Shown here: one piece after another, positions 1-12,499 of the stretch | How positions within the stretch are numbered: position 1 is the first letter of the stretch | Layout: each line of letters begins with the position of its first letter | Assembly: GCF_023055435.1 (NCBI RefSeq) | Contig: NW_025964358.1 | Coordinates: forward strand, 1,550,001 to 1,614,000 | Source: Haliotis rufescens | Lineage: Eukaryota | Direction: 5' to 3' | Length of the DNA: 64,000 nucleotides | Translations under genes and position numbers: made by a program | The notes under the pieces: generated by a model | Told to the model about the DNA's origin: nothing | Databases searched by the model: none | The model's input: the letters and a program-made list of their open reading frames with translations, nothing else

Positions 1-25
1 GAATTTGTTTCTGTTTTTACATTAG

Positions 26-95
26 GACTTCAAAATGGAGAGGAAACGTTTGATGGAAGTGACCACGCTCTTAAAGGACAACCAGGAATCACTAG
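26..95 (+). CDS. Internal coding exon of a B30.2/SPRY-like protein (DFKMERKRLMEVTTLLKDNQESL-G), probably coiled-coil
   Basis: Pyrimidine tract + TTAG acceptor (24-25) and G|GTAAG donor (96). Open frame; its phase-1 end fits the exon at 288. Upstream exons would lie before the window. Confidence 0.65.
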
Positions 96-287
96 GTAAG
101 ATTCATTATGTTAATCCTCTGGAGCCAAGCTCGATGTGTCATGTCGACATGCAGTCTAGGTTGCGGATGACTGCACATTGTCATGTAAAATACCTAGAGA
201 AATATCGATGCTTTGGTACTTGCCAACGTACGCGTTATTGTAGTCATGAAATGATTCTGAAATACATTGAGTTTTCTCTTCTTTCAG

Positions 288-338
288 GAATATACTTCCT
301 GGATGCCAGAAAGATTGACCGGTCATCTATCCTTCAGT
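288..338 (+). CDS. Internal coding exon (G-IYFLDARKIDRSSILQ-) of the same gene
   Basis: Strong acceptor TTTTCTCTTCTTTCAG|G and donor T|GTAAGT; 51 nt, phase 1/1. Joins in frame to both neighbours (T+GT = Cys at the join to 5860). Confidence 0.7.
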
Positions 339-379
339 GTAAGTACATGCAACGTATGTTACTGTTGTCATAGCCTGTC

Positions 380-1540
380 GTGGAGGTAGGGCTACAATAT
401 AGCCTCACTCCATTGATTAGGGAAGGCAGAGATACAATATACCATTCCTCCACTCTTTTTTTTTGTGTGTGTGGGGGTGGGGGGGTGTGTGGGGTGGGGG
501 GGGGGGGGGGGGGTGAGGGTTGATATACCCTTACTCCATTAATTAGGGAAAGAAGGGCTACAATATACCGTTATTTCGTTCATTATGGGAGGCAGGGCTG
601 CAAGGTACCCTTATTTCATTAATTAGGGGAAGCAGGGCTACAATATACCCTTATTTCATTCATTGGGGGAGGCAGGGCTGCAATATATACCCTTATTTCA
701 TTAATAAGGGAGGCAGGGCTGCAAGATACCCTTATTTCATACATCAGGGAGGCAGGGCTGCACGATACCCTTATTTCATACATCAGGGAGGCAGGGCTGC
801 AAGATACCCTTATTTCATACATCAGGGGAAGCAGGGCTATAATATACCCTTATTTCATTAAAAAGGGCAAGCAGGGGTACAACATACCCTTATTTCATTA
901 ATTAGGGGAGGCAGGGGTACAACATACCCTTATTTCATTAATCAGGGGAGGCAGGGCTGCAAGATACCCTTATTTAATTAATTTCGGGAAGCAGGGCTAC
1001 AATATACCCTTATTTCATTAATCAGGGGAGGCAGGGCTGCAAGATACCCTTATTTCAAAAATCAGGGGAGGCAGGGCTGCAAGATACCCTTATTTCATAC
1101 ATCCAAGTAATTTTTCTGAAAACCTCAAATTACTGATACCCTTCTTTCATTAATTAAGGGGGGCATGGCTTCAAGATACCCTTATTTCATTAATCAGGGG
1201 TTGGTTGGTTGGTTGGTTGTTTAACGCCTCACTCCGCAATATCCCAGCTATATGACGGCGGTCTGTAAATAATCGAGACTGGACCAGACAATCCAGTGAT
1301 TGACATCATGAGCATCGATCCACGCAACTGGGATCGATGACATGCATCAACCAAGTCAGCGAGTCTGACCACCCGATCCCGTTAGTCGCCATTTACGACA
1401 AGTATAGTCACCTTTTACGGCAAGCATGGGTTGCTGAAGACCTATTTTACCCCAGAATCTTCACGGGTCCATTCATCAGGGGAGGAAGGGCTACAAGATC
1501 CCCTCCCTCCATTTATTAGCGGAGGCAGAGCTACACTACA
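380..1540. repeat. 40-bp minisatellite (ATACCCTTATTTCATTAATCAGGGGAGGCAGGGCTGCAAG), intronic, interrupted by SINE A
   Basis: Direct tandem repetition with degenerate edges. Confidence 0.9.
1201..1469 (-). mobile_element. SINE-like family A, full-length copy inserted in the 40-bp minisatellite
   Basis: Matches the other A copies. On the - strand it begins GACCCGTGAAG and ends in (AACC)n. TSD CATTAATCAGGGG (1188-1200) / CATTCATCAGGGG (1470-1482). Confidence 0.85.
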
Positions 1541-2518
1541 CCAGATAGGTGGGGTGGGTATGTAAATTTACACCGTGATGATCAGGTAATTTAGGTAAAA
1601 CTTACACCATCCAGCTTGTGTCAAGTGAAGTGATGGGGATTTGTAATCAGCAGGCATACTATTTTCATGGGTTGAATGTTCGAATTCAGAGATCAGTGGA
1701 AATGGCTTTATATCCAAGAAATTTTCCTGAAAACCTCAATTTACCAGATAAATACCACTATGAGTACTACATTTTTTCACATTTTGAAGGTCTGTTTAAC
1801 AAATGTCTTGATAACTGATTAAATAATCCAGAGTCTAATAGGCTAATTTTAGTTTCATTTCACTCCATATACCTTCTAGGTGTTGATAAATAAACACCAG
1901 TTTGCTTTTTTCTTAAAAGCTTTGAGTTTCTGTGAAAACTGTAAAACATCACAATATTACAAAACAGGATATGACCAAAGTTACTTTGTTTTTGTAGCTT
2001 ACGTGTTTTTACAGCTTGCATTCAAGGAGGCTCCGTGGGGTGAACTCATTTCTTGCATGTATTTGGATACAAGAAAAATTAAAACAATCCATATTATCTC
2101 ATATATGAACTCATCCGACAATATAGGCAGGGACACACTTAAACAAAGAATATTCTAATACTTACATCTGCTCATCAACTTGGCAGGGCTTCACTTCATG
2201 AGGTATTATCAAGTCGCTCTCAGCATCATAGACCAAAGTTGCATTGCAACCCCACCCTTTTGACGGAAAATTACACTTTTGAAGTGCCAAACATTCGGGC
2301 AACTTGGGAATATTGACGTCTACCCTCTATCGTATTCACAAGTCGCCATTTGGTCTGTTCATTGAGAATCTGTCTATGTGGCATTCTTTAATTTAGCGTG
2401 TGCTTAGCTTAAAGGCATTTTTGGCGCGGCTTCTCGTTGCAAATGCGCCTCAGCCTTACTTTCAAGACATTATAGCTCTCGCTACTTGAAATATCACGTC
2501 GTAAGAATGAATGAAGGT

Positions 2519-2788
2519 CGGTTGTTGTCGGTTTTGTTGTTTAACGCCGTACTCAGCAATATTCCAGCTATATGCAGCGGTCTGTAAATAATCTTGTCTT
2601 CACCAGACAATCCAGTGATTAATATCATGAGCATCAATCCACGCAATTGGGATCGATGACATGCATCAACCAAGTCAGCGAGCTTGACAACCAGATTCCG
2701 TAAGTCGCCTCTTACGACAAGCATAGTCGCCTTTTACATATGGGTTGCTGAAGACCTATTGTACCCCGGACCTTTTCTTCACGGGTCT
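2519..2788 (-). mobile_element. Family A copy
   Basis: Near full-length match to 1201-1469, with the same 5' terminus (CACGGGTC on +). Confidence 0.85.
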
Positions 2789-3662
2789 ATCGCCTGATTA
2801 ATTAGCGAAGAAAGCTGAATGTGTGCCAATACGTATTGAGTGAAAACAAGCCTTTCCGCCAATGAGAAATATGACCTACGGTAATGTAACAAAATTTAAA
2901 GTGCGATTTTCAAGAAATGTACATTTTCTTTGCGATAAACATCATCATTGGGTTTAAAAATGGGGGAAATTCTACAGTCAGGTGACTGCGAACGTAAAAT
3001 TTAGCAGTGACCTTGGTCGATGGCCCTTTAAATACTTCATCTGCACGTACTCTTCTTTCAGTTCGAGCCGGTAATGTTGGTACGCTCCAAAACGCTACTA
3101 AATATATAATCGCTCGCGCTCATCTAAATGCCGATCCTCAGTCACTTTCTGACAACATGACCAAAACGCAATTAATAATTTGAATTACTGTAAGTCATAT
3201 TCCTTATCAGCGAAATGTCCAGTTTTCGATTTATAAGTATCAGCACTCATGCAGCTAACTTCGTTAATAAATAATCGCGATATTTCGTGACTCCATGTCA
3301 GGAGGCGAGGACTATAGTTCCCCTATTATTTGTCGGTAGTATATTTCACGTGCATCACACAGGGTAGACTCACGGTGTGGTCCAACAAGAACTCTGATAT
3401 GTTTGAAGCTGTAAGACTGTCAGCCCTTCACTTGATGGGTCAAGATAATCTATAAAGGAGCCAGCAAAAAGAAAATGTGTTAATTGTATGACGTACAGGC
3501 AGGTACAGTGAATTGTTCAACATTCTCCTCATGTTGTTACCATGAACACTGTTAACTGTGTCGTGCCTGTGTGAATCAGTTCGATTGTATTATTATTATT
3601 CTATTTCTGAAAAAATCGCCGACTTATTGACACTTGACAATATACACTCACAAACTTTCTTA

Positions 3663-3727
3663 TGGTTTGTTTGTTGGTTGGTTAACGCCGCACTCAGCAA
3701 TATTCCAGTTGTATGATGGCGGTCTGT
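3663..3727 (-). mobile_element. Family A 3'-tail fragment
   Basis: GTTAACGCCGCACTCAGCAATATTCCAG...GGCGGTCTGT matches the A tail. Confidence 0.7.
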
Positions 3728-5859
3728 TATAGATACACTACCCGTCGCTCACATGTAAATACACAACGTATCAGATGATTATTCCAATGTTATAGAACTA
3801 GCATTGCTACACGTTGAACATGCCGTAGACAATGTGTGTGGCCCCATTCTCCAAATACATGAACATCTGGGTTCCCTGGTCAAGATTTAAGACACTGGAA
3901 CTTCCACATGTACGTCCTGTCATTCCGCCTACTGACCTGTAGATGCGTTGAGCCTGACCAAGCGATCCATGTAATCGCCTCTTGGCTGCTGAGGAAACAT
4001 ACTGTGGCCCAGAATCACCATGCCGTTAATTAGAAGAACATGCATGCCAAGTTAAGTAGGATGATGCCCCCCCCCCCCCCCCCCCTCCACACACACACAC
4101 ACACCTTGTTTGGCTCCATGGTACACCCCGTTATAGCGCGCAAAGCAACGAAGTTGACGATCGAAATGACACGGTAGGATGACAGTGGCCATTTTAAGTT
4201 TGATGTAACTTCCATAGTTTATTCAGGAAAGAAAGCCAAAAGATGGCCGAGGCATGAATAAAAAATGCAATGTGTGCTAATAAGTAAACCTAATATTATT
4301 TTGGTATCATTCCACCAATTTCCCCAATGAAGTAGGCAAATACTCATTCACTCACCACCCACGCGAACAGCTGCAATAATAGTACTGGTAATTTTATAAT
4401 AAGCAACAGTAAAACACTCACTCTCATGTTATGTCATGTTATTTTATGGAAAGGGTTTTGTCGATAGGATTTACAATATTTCAATCGTTTCTAACGGAAA
4501 ACGCTATTTCACAACCTCTTATTACACTTATTCAATATTCCTTACCTTCACATATTACATCGGGAAACCACAGTAAATAGCTAGCGTTATAGATTAGTAT
4601 TTACAGATTTTATTTGGATAATTGTGGTTTGCGACCATTGACAGAAATTGTAAAAAATATTTCTTATTGATTATAATCAATAAAATAAATGATCCCGATT
4701 CCATGGTCACTCGTGTGATCACAACATGGTACAGTTAGTTGGGTTCAATTTCCACTCTTAGTACCCTCTCAGTGGTATAATAGAACTTTTTCCATGCACT
4801 GACACATGTACTAAGCTTAACATCCGAGTTTCAAATAACCAACGATAGTCTTAGAGTAAACTTTGATTTGCGACTATGATTTTTGAGAAATAAATACGTA
4901 ATTTCATTGGTCGGTCAAAGTTCGAGAATGGTCGTTCTGGCGTGACCTGTAATGAGGATGTCCTCAGCGGCAGCGAGAACTCGTATCCGATTTGAAGAGA
5001 TTGAGGTAATCTAGGCATGTGATTAATCCTGTTTTGTTTATTTAAAGCAGTAATTGTTTATTGTTAAGCAAGTTTATCTGTGCAGCCGTTGAAATATACA
5101 GCTACTCGACGATTCGTCTCGTATCAAAACACAGACTGTGTACTCGCGGGCAGATGACCACGGAGTACGCTGATCACTGTGTCGGATTAACAAGACTGGT
5201 TAATGAGTGATTTCGGTAATTTGTTCTTCACGGGTCTTATTGTTGGTGTCCTCTACTGACGATGCTGCCTAACCATACTATCATCCATCGTCAACCCTTG
5301 TGCGTCCTGCAACGTGCCACACAATACTTCACCAGCTTCTAGATGACGTCACCAGGTCACGTGACACTGTGATCTCAACATTGACATGCAATCTACATGT
5401 TCCTCATTATACCACGTTCATTAGTGTCTCTGTTATAACACGGTGTACATTGTGATTGCGTCTGTTCGCCCACTGTGTGATTGTCGTGCCCAGTATATCC
5501 CCACGTATTTGTAATTCAGAATCTCAACTGCAAATATTTCTGATTTGTGTGACGTAATTTAATTGATGTTGATGTCTTGTGTCTGCCGTTCTGAATAATT
5601 TGCGCACTACACGCACTACACCTGTCACTTACTAATTCTACAGTCAGGTTAAAGGATTATCAGTGAATCCAATGTAAACACATAGATCCAAGGTATTACA
5701 CAGTAGGTTTTATGTTCTTACTATTCCACTGTGATTATATTATACTGTTTGTATATTAGTACATTGTCAATTTCTTTCATTTAAATATCATTATAGAACT
5801 AGACTATCACTATTTGTCTTATGTTTTATTCACAAGTAAACAACATTCATATGTTGTAG

Positions 5860-6515
5860 GTATACATCTGAAGTATGACAAAGACAGAGTCAATCTCGAC
5901 AAAGTCCACATCAACACAGAAGGAGACCTAGTCAACAGGAAGTCGGACACCAGACCTGCAGGGGAAGGGAGACTGAAGATGTACTGTGGCACATGTAGCA
6001 CTGCCCCCCTCCCCCGGGCTGGCTGTCCCCAGTACTGGGAGGTGGTAAACAGGGTCAGTCTGGACAAACCACTCACATGGAACTGGCTCATCCTGGAGGT
6101 AGGGGTGTGTCAGGAGGAGCAGAGGGACGTGTCTCATTGTATCAGTGAACAACCCAGCACCTGCTGTATGCGGGTCTCCCACTGTCCTACACACGGCGGG
6201 ATATGCAGGGAGACATGGAAGGAGGGGAAGCGTGTGCTGTGTCTGCCTGACACTCTCCCCAACACAGCAAGGACATTACGCACACTACATTACGGTGTTG
6301 TCTATGATGACGCCAGGAAGAAGATTGTCTTCATTGATGTGAAGGAGAACAAAGTGATGTCGAGGTTAGACAATGTAGACTCCAGTCAGCCACTGTGGCC
6401 GATGTTCGGGGTGTATAATCCATCTGTCCTCACTGTCAGCATGACACTTGTAGTGGGCAGCGACATCAACATGACAGAGGAGAAGAAAGCAATGATTGTC
6501 AAGGCGCTGTCGTGA
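5860..6515 (+). CDS. Terminal coding exon, B30.2/SPRY-like domain (TRIM/butyrophilin-type C-terminus)
   Basis: Acceptor TGTAG at 5855-5859; non-repetitive ORF ending at TGA 6513-6515. Motifs QYWEV, LEVGV, YGVVYD..KKIVFIDV and PLWPMFGV follow the SPRY pattern (YWEV / W.VGV / GV.LD...L.F / PL.P.F). Confidence 0.8.
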
Positions 6516-6714
6516 TGGTCACAATGATTGTCAAGGCGCTGTCGTGATCGTCACAATGATTGTCAAGGCCCTGTCGTGATGGTGACAGTTATTGTCAAGG
6601 CCCTGTCGTGATGGTGACAATGATTGTCAAGGCACTGTCGTGATGGTGACAATGATTGTCAAGGCGTTGTCGTGATGAGGACACTGATTGTCAAGGCGTT
6701 GTCGTGATGGTGAG
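6491..6714. repeat. 32-bp minisatellite (~7 copies) overlapping the SPRY gene stop codon
   Basis: AATGATTGTCAAGGCGCTGTCGTGATGGTCAC repeated at 6491, 6523, 6555, 6587, 6619, 6651 and 6683. Confidence 0.9.
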
Positions 6715-7437
6715 AATGATGGTGATATGAACACACATAGATTTCTGGAAGACACTCACTGCTCAGGAACAACTGCGGACTGTGGGGAATGCAATCAATA
6801 TCAATCTGTTTAAAGTGTTTATATCTTTTGGTTTTAAGTAAATTATGTTGTATGCGATAAGTATATTTAGCACAAAATATCAAATTTATATTTAAATACA
6901 CTCTCAAGCATTTCTTTAAGACATTTTGCTACAACAATTCCTTTTGATCATTTCTTACGACAAAATTCCAGAATGTATTTTACACGCGCTTCAGTGGAAC
7001 GCAAAAAACATACATGCACCCCGAGTGGTACTCCAGCAACGAATTTATCTTACCAACATGTTTTAAACTCATTGCAAAAGAATTAAAACAAATCCAAAAT
7101 TGATGGAAAACAGCTGTTCGAGTGAGCTGAGGTTAAATTTAGCTATGTCAGCGACGTTGCGTGACTCGAAAAAAATAGATCATGGGTTTTTTTTCGCTTC
7201 GAAGCGTGGAATAAGGGACTTGTTCGTTCCCACAGAAATCACGTACAGCTTGTCTTGTTCGAGGCGGAGCATAAGGAATTTATTCTGCCGCTCAAAAATT
7301 TGATTTGTCTCCCAGACGGGATACATAGATTTTTATCAAGATAACGTGATACAATCAGATCTCATCACTCTGACATGGTGTGGTGAGGTGAAATGAGGTT
7401 TAACGTCGCGTTCAATAATATTTCACTTACATTGCGA

Positions 7438-7481
<44 letters not shown>

Positions 7482-8579
7482 GCGTGTGTGTGTCTCACAC
7501 CAACACCGTCAAAACATTTGGTTTTTTGTTGTTGTTTTTTGTGCGGGTGGGGGGTGGGGGGGTGGGGGGGTGGGGGGGGGGGGGGTTATAGTGGACTAGC
7601 CTCTGAAATAAGGCAGCAAACCACGGAAGGCTGTCAGGGGGGATTACACCCAGTTCGAGAAAATCATCATTCAATCATAGATATACCTTTACAGGAGAGA
7701 ACGCTATCTTCTCAGTGCTGCACAAGTCTTTGTTTGATTTAGAAAAGGGTGTCTTTAGTGTGTTCTTATATCAATCCTGTGATTGCGTCTCAACCATTGC
7801 TTATTACACAATGCTCTACATTCGATGTCATGTCGAGGTCAGACTCGTTACACCTGCCACTAACTTATAGATTTTGGTCCAGAAACTGAACTCTCATCTG
7901 ATGGAAAACAACCAACTACACCACGTGCACACACTGACGATCCTTTCGCTCAAACAGAATCTTGAATGACGAGTTGATTACAGATTTTACGAACACTTCC
8001 AGACTCTTCCAGACTTCCTGATTTTTTAGATACAGACTTGAGAGAACACGATTGACCGTAGCCTTACTACAAGTTGTGACCACAAAATAATTTAATGGTC
8101 TCTGCTACAAGGTTGCCCTGTGTGTTTAGTAAGCCTGCCCTTATAGCATCCAAGTCTAGATAAGTGAACTCTACGCCAGTCTTACAGGGACGACTTGTTC
8201 TTATTATTTACTTGATCTACAAATTATCAAATAAGCTTGAGTTCAGAGTCTGAACACATGAAATGAGCTACACGTATTTTACTCACTCACTCACCCACTG
8301 ATTCACTCACCACTAACTCTGATTCACTGGCTCACTCTCTCACCCACTCGCTAACTCACCAAACCACTCATCAACTCACTCTCATTCACTCGCTCATCTT
8401 TGATCAATATATGTCGACTGTAATTATTTCCCATTAAACACAGTTACGCGACGAAATATGTTTTTTATGGAATAATAATCACTGACCTAACCAGAAATAC
8501 CAGTTTTGTAATATTTCATGTCCGAATAAACATATGTTCTTTACTGTAAACAATGGTTATTTTGTAACCGTCGACATGT

Positions 8580-8771
8580 GGAATAGGTCTTCAGCAACCC
8601 ATGCTTGCCTCAAAAGGTGACTATGCTTGTCGTAAGAGGCGACTAACGGAATCGGGTGGTCGGGCTCGCTGACTTGGTTTGATGCATGTCATCGTATCCC
8701 AATTGCTCGGGTCGATGCTCATGATGTCAATCACTGGATTGTCTTGATTATTGCTGAGTGCGGTGTTAAAC

Positions 8772-8836
<65 letters not shown>
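8580..8836 (+). mobile_element. Family A copy (internally deleted) ending in a long (CA)n microsatellite
   Basis: GAATAGGTCTTCAGCAACCCATGCTTG...GCTGAGTGCGGTGTTAAACAA, followed directly by (CA)n. Confidence 0.8.
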
Positions 8837-8839
<3 letters not shown>

Positions 8840-9086
8840 TAAAGCATAACAAATTTACGCAGAGTTGTCTCCCTTGGGCACGCCAGAAACCTGATCGTGG
8901 GTTCCAATCCCGACTCGCACCGATTATATTTCTAGGCTTGTCAGCACCATAACTGTGCTCGTAGGTTTAAACAAAGAAGTAAGTGTCTAAGACAGGCAGA
9001 ACTTCTGGCTTTCCACATTAAGCTGACACGTGGAATACAGTAAAATGCAGCGTTATACAACTCACTCACTCTGATCAAATTTGTAA

Positions 9087-10075
9087 TGAGCACTGATGGA
9101 TATCCTGTGACGCCCAACATCACCTTACACACACTAGTTTATATGTATATTTGTATATTCGTCAGCCTAAGATATGAGCACTGATGGATATCCTGTGACG
9201 CCCAACATCACCTTACACCCACTAGTTTATATGTATATTTGTATATTTGTCAGCCTAAGATTTGAGCACTGATGGTTATCCCCTGACGCCCAACATCACC
9301 TTACAACCACTAGTTTATATGTATATTCGTCAGCCAAAGATATGAGCACTGATGGATATCCTGTGACGCCCAACATCACCTTACACCCACTAGTTTATAT
9401 GTATATTTGTATATTCGTCAGCCTAAGATATGAGCACTGATGGATATCCTGTGACGCCCAACATCACCTTACACCCACTAGTTTATATGTATATTTGTAT
9501 ATTCGTCAGCCAAAGATATGAGCACTGATGGATATCCTGTGACGCCCAACATCACCTTACACCCACTAGTTTATATGTATATTTGTATATTTGTCAGCCT
9601 AAGATGTGATCACTGACGGATGTCCTGTGACGCCCATTATCACCTTACACCCACTAGTTTATATGTATATTTGTATGTTTGTCAGCCTAAGATATGAGCA
9701 CTGATGGATATCCTGTGACGCCCAACATCAACTTACACCCACTAGTTTGTATGTATATTTGTATATTTGTCAGCCTTAGATGTGATCACTGATGGATACC
9801 CTGTGACGCCCAACATCACCTTACACACACTAGTTTATATGTACATTTGTGTATGTTAGCCTAAGATATGATCACTGATGGATATCCTGTGACGCCCAAC
9901 ATCACCTTACACCCACTAGTTTATATGTATATTTGTATATTCGTCAGCCTAAGATATGAGCACTGATGGATATCCTGTGACGCCCAACATCACCTTACAC
10001 CCACTAGTTTATATGATTGTATAGTTGTATATGCGTCAGCCTAAGATATGATCACTGATGGATATCCTGTGACGT
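9087..10075. repeat. 88-bp tandem repeat (~11 copies)
   Basis: TGAGCACTGATGGATATCCTGTGACGCCCAACATCACCTTACACCCACTAGTTTATATG... with period 88 (9087 to 9175). Confidence 0.95.
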
Positions 10076-10169
10076 GAAACACACATGTCACATTGATACA
10101 ACATTAAGTCTGAGGTGAGGTATGCAAAGCGTGAAACAGACGTCACATTGATACAACATTGATTGGTCA

Positions 10170-10280
10170 AGTTTGCTCGTACTATCAGTCACTGGTTTGT
10201 ATGGTCAAGACTCAGTTATATAAAGGTCACGGCCTCATAGATGAAATATTGCTGAGTGTGACGTTAAACAATCAATATAA
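10170..10280 (+). mobile_element. Degenerate family A 3' fragment
   Basis: TCACTGGTTTGTATGGTCAAGACTC...AATATTGCTGAGTGTGACGTTAAACAA resembles the A tail. Confidence 0.55.
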
Positions 10281-10851
10281 ACGCATCTTTTAGGTCTACT
10301 GTAAAACCCTACAGTGAACAAGACTGGGGATGACGAACGGGTAAGGGGAACAACTCTTGTTGGCTTAATATTACTCAGATCTGTCAGAACATGTTCATCC
10401 ACAAGAGTGAGAGTCTCTCCTATGAAAGCGCATGTCCGTGTGTGTCTGTGCGTGCGTGCGTGTGTGCGTGCGTGCGTGCGTGCGTGCATGTGTGTGGCTG
10501 AATGTACCAGTCCGGACTGTATGTCTGTGTGTCTGTACTAATGTAAGGGACTGGAACTATAGGCGGCGGTTGAATTAAAGTTGTTAGGCTTGTGTGTGTG
10601 TGTGTGTGTGTGAGTGAGTGCGTGCGTGCGTTGGTGTGCGCGCGCGCGCGCTCTTGTATGTACGAGACTTGACTCACGAATAAGTGTTTTTTGTCAAAAC
10701 AGACTGAACTTATAAAGTTTTGTTATTGGCTGGGCTTATTAAATAATGTCTGTAAGGACTTATTTGAGTGTATGTTTATGTAAACAATATGTCGGTGGGT
10801 GTATTAACAGCTGATCGCCATGCTAGATGAACTGGCCACCGAGCACATCCC

Positions 10852-11741
10852 ACATGGGATGGATACCGGCTGTTGTCAGACAGAGGAAAAGTGGAGCAAG
10901 ACGATGGTGTCGCCTTGAGAACATGTCTAGTAGGTTAAACAAACACGTGTTTAACTGTGCTGATAGATACGCTGTAAATGGTTGTAAAAATTGGAATGGT
11001 AGGGTAAGAAAGAAGTTTACTAATATGGATTTAGGACATCTATTAAACGCTACAGGTTTTATTGATAAATTTTCTGTTTGTACACAGGTGGAACAATGGT
11101 GTAAGAATGAATATGTTACCCGTTGGAGTGATATGTTAAGAAAGGAAGAGGGGCGAAATGGGCTTAATAAATTGAGAATGTATCGATGTTACAAACAAGT
11201 ATATGGGACAGAATACTATGTTTCAAATAAGATGCCCAGAAACTATAGATCGGCACTAGCCAAGTTTAGATGTGGCGTGTCTCCTATTCGAGTGGAAACC
11301 GGTCGGTACGAAGGTGTGCCTGTCAACAATAGAAAATGTTTGCACTTTAATGACAGCGTAGAAGACGAGGGCCATGTTTTGTTTCACTGCGTATTATATG
11401 ACGATATCAGGGCAACTCTTTTTAATGAATGTATTGCTTAATCTTATAATGTTTTAGATATACCTGATATCGACAAACTTTGTTTAATTTTCAGTGACTC
11501 CAGTGTGTGTTTTATACTTGCCAAAGTCTGCTTTTTAATTCTTAATCGTAGAAAACATCTTTTATATGGATAACTTCTTACTATATCATCTTTATATCAT
11601 TTATGTATAAATTCTGTGATAATTTGTCTCTAATAATTCTATTGAATGGTTCTGTACATTCTATCTATGTCAAGTTGTACAAAGCTGTTTTATGTATGTA
11701 CAGAAGTGAGACGTTAATAAACTATTGTCTTTCTGTCTGTC
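10852..11741 (+). mobile_element. 5'-truncated non-LTR retrotransposon (RTEX-like LINE): C-terminus of ORF2 plus 3' UTR
   Basis: ORF carries MGW.P, W.RL..M..RL.K.VF, KLR.Y..YK, LAKFRCGVSPIRVETGRY and RKC...EDEGHVLFHC..Y..IR (degenerate C-terminal Cys/His motif of LINE ORF2). AATAAA and a (TGTC)-like tail near 11716-11741. Clade assignment is from recollection. Confidence 0.75.
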
Positions 11742-12499
11742 CCACGTCCATCGGACCAGAAGGACTGATGATGACGTTTGTTTAACAACACCCGGTAACC
11801 CAGGGGTCAGGCGGCCGGGAGACGTACATACTTACTTCAAATATACGTCTTTACTGATTAAATATTATATGTATCCAGATGCCAAGAAGTGATGTTCATC
11901 GTTAGTCAAGTCACACCATGATGCGCCCAGCAATTCCCTTCTCAAGTCATGATGTAAAGGTTACAAACAGATTCAATCGAAATCAAAACCAATCGTCACA
12001 GCAGGACCAGTGCCTGGTTGGACAAGGGCGCGTTCTCCCGTGTTGGTTGTGCACTATGTACGACTTGGGGAACGTACAATGACTATGTGGGTACTTAGAC
12101 TGTCAGTAAAATACTCTTCAGATTTGTCAGGCGCCTTCCACAGCAATGAGCTTCGATGTCCTTTCTTTCTAGTTTAACAAAATAATCACGGGCTTGACGC
12201 TTACAGCAATTGACAATTCTGACAGCGGTAAATATGCATATAAAACTATAGATTTTCCGCTACTGTGTTGAGAAAGAGTTCATTAAATGCAAATCGCGGA
12301 CTCCTGATGTAAGCGACCACTTAAGTGACATAATCGCTCCCAATGAAATCCCCCACTTGACTTAATATTTTATCGAACGTAATGTGTATGGAAAATAAGC
12401 CACAATATGAATCAATGCTCTCGTCTGTGTGTGAGCAGTTTCACCCGAGTGTACCGTCATTAACATTGTTGCCGGAATCGAGTACTCTTCATTGTAAAA

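Noticed and set aside
1880-2158. Extra exon of the SPRY gene after a TTCTAG acceptor
   Set aside because: In the phase required by the exon ending at 338 it reaches TAA within a few codons; AT-rich, no homology cue.
5814-5859. Start of the 233-aa ORF as the true N-terminus
   Set aside because: Non-ATG start in AT-rich intron-like sequence, upstream of a good splice acceptor at 5859.
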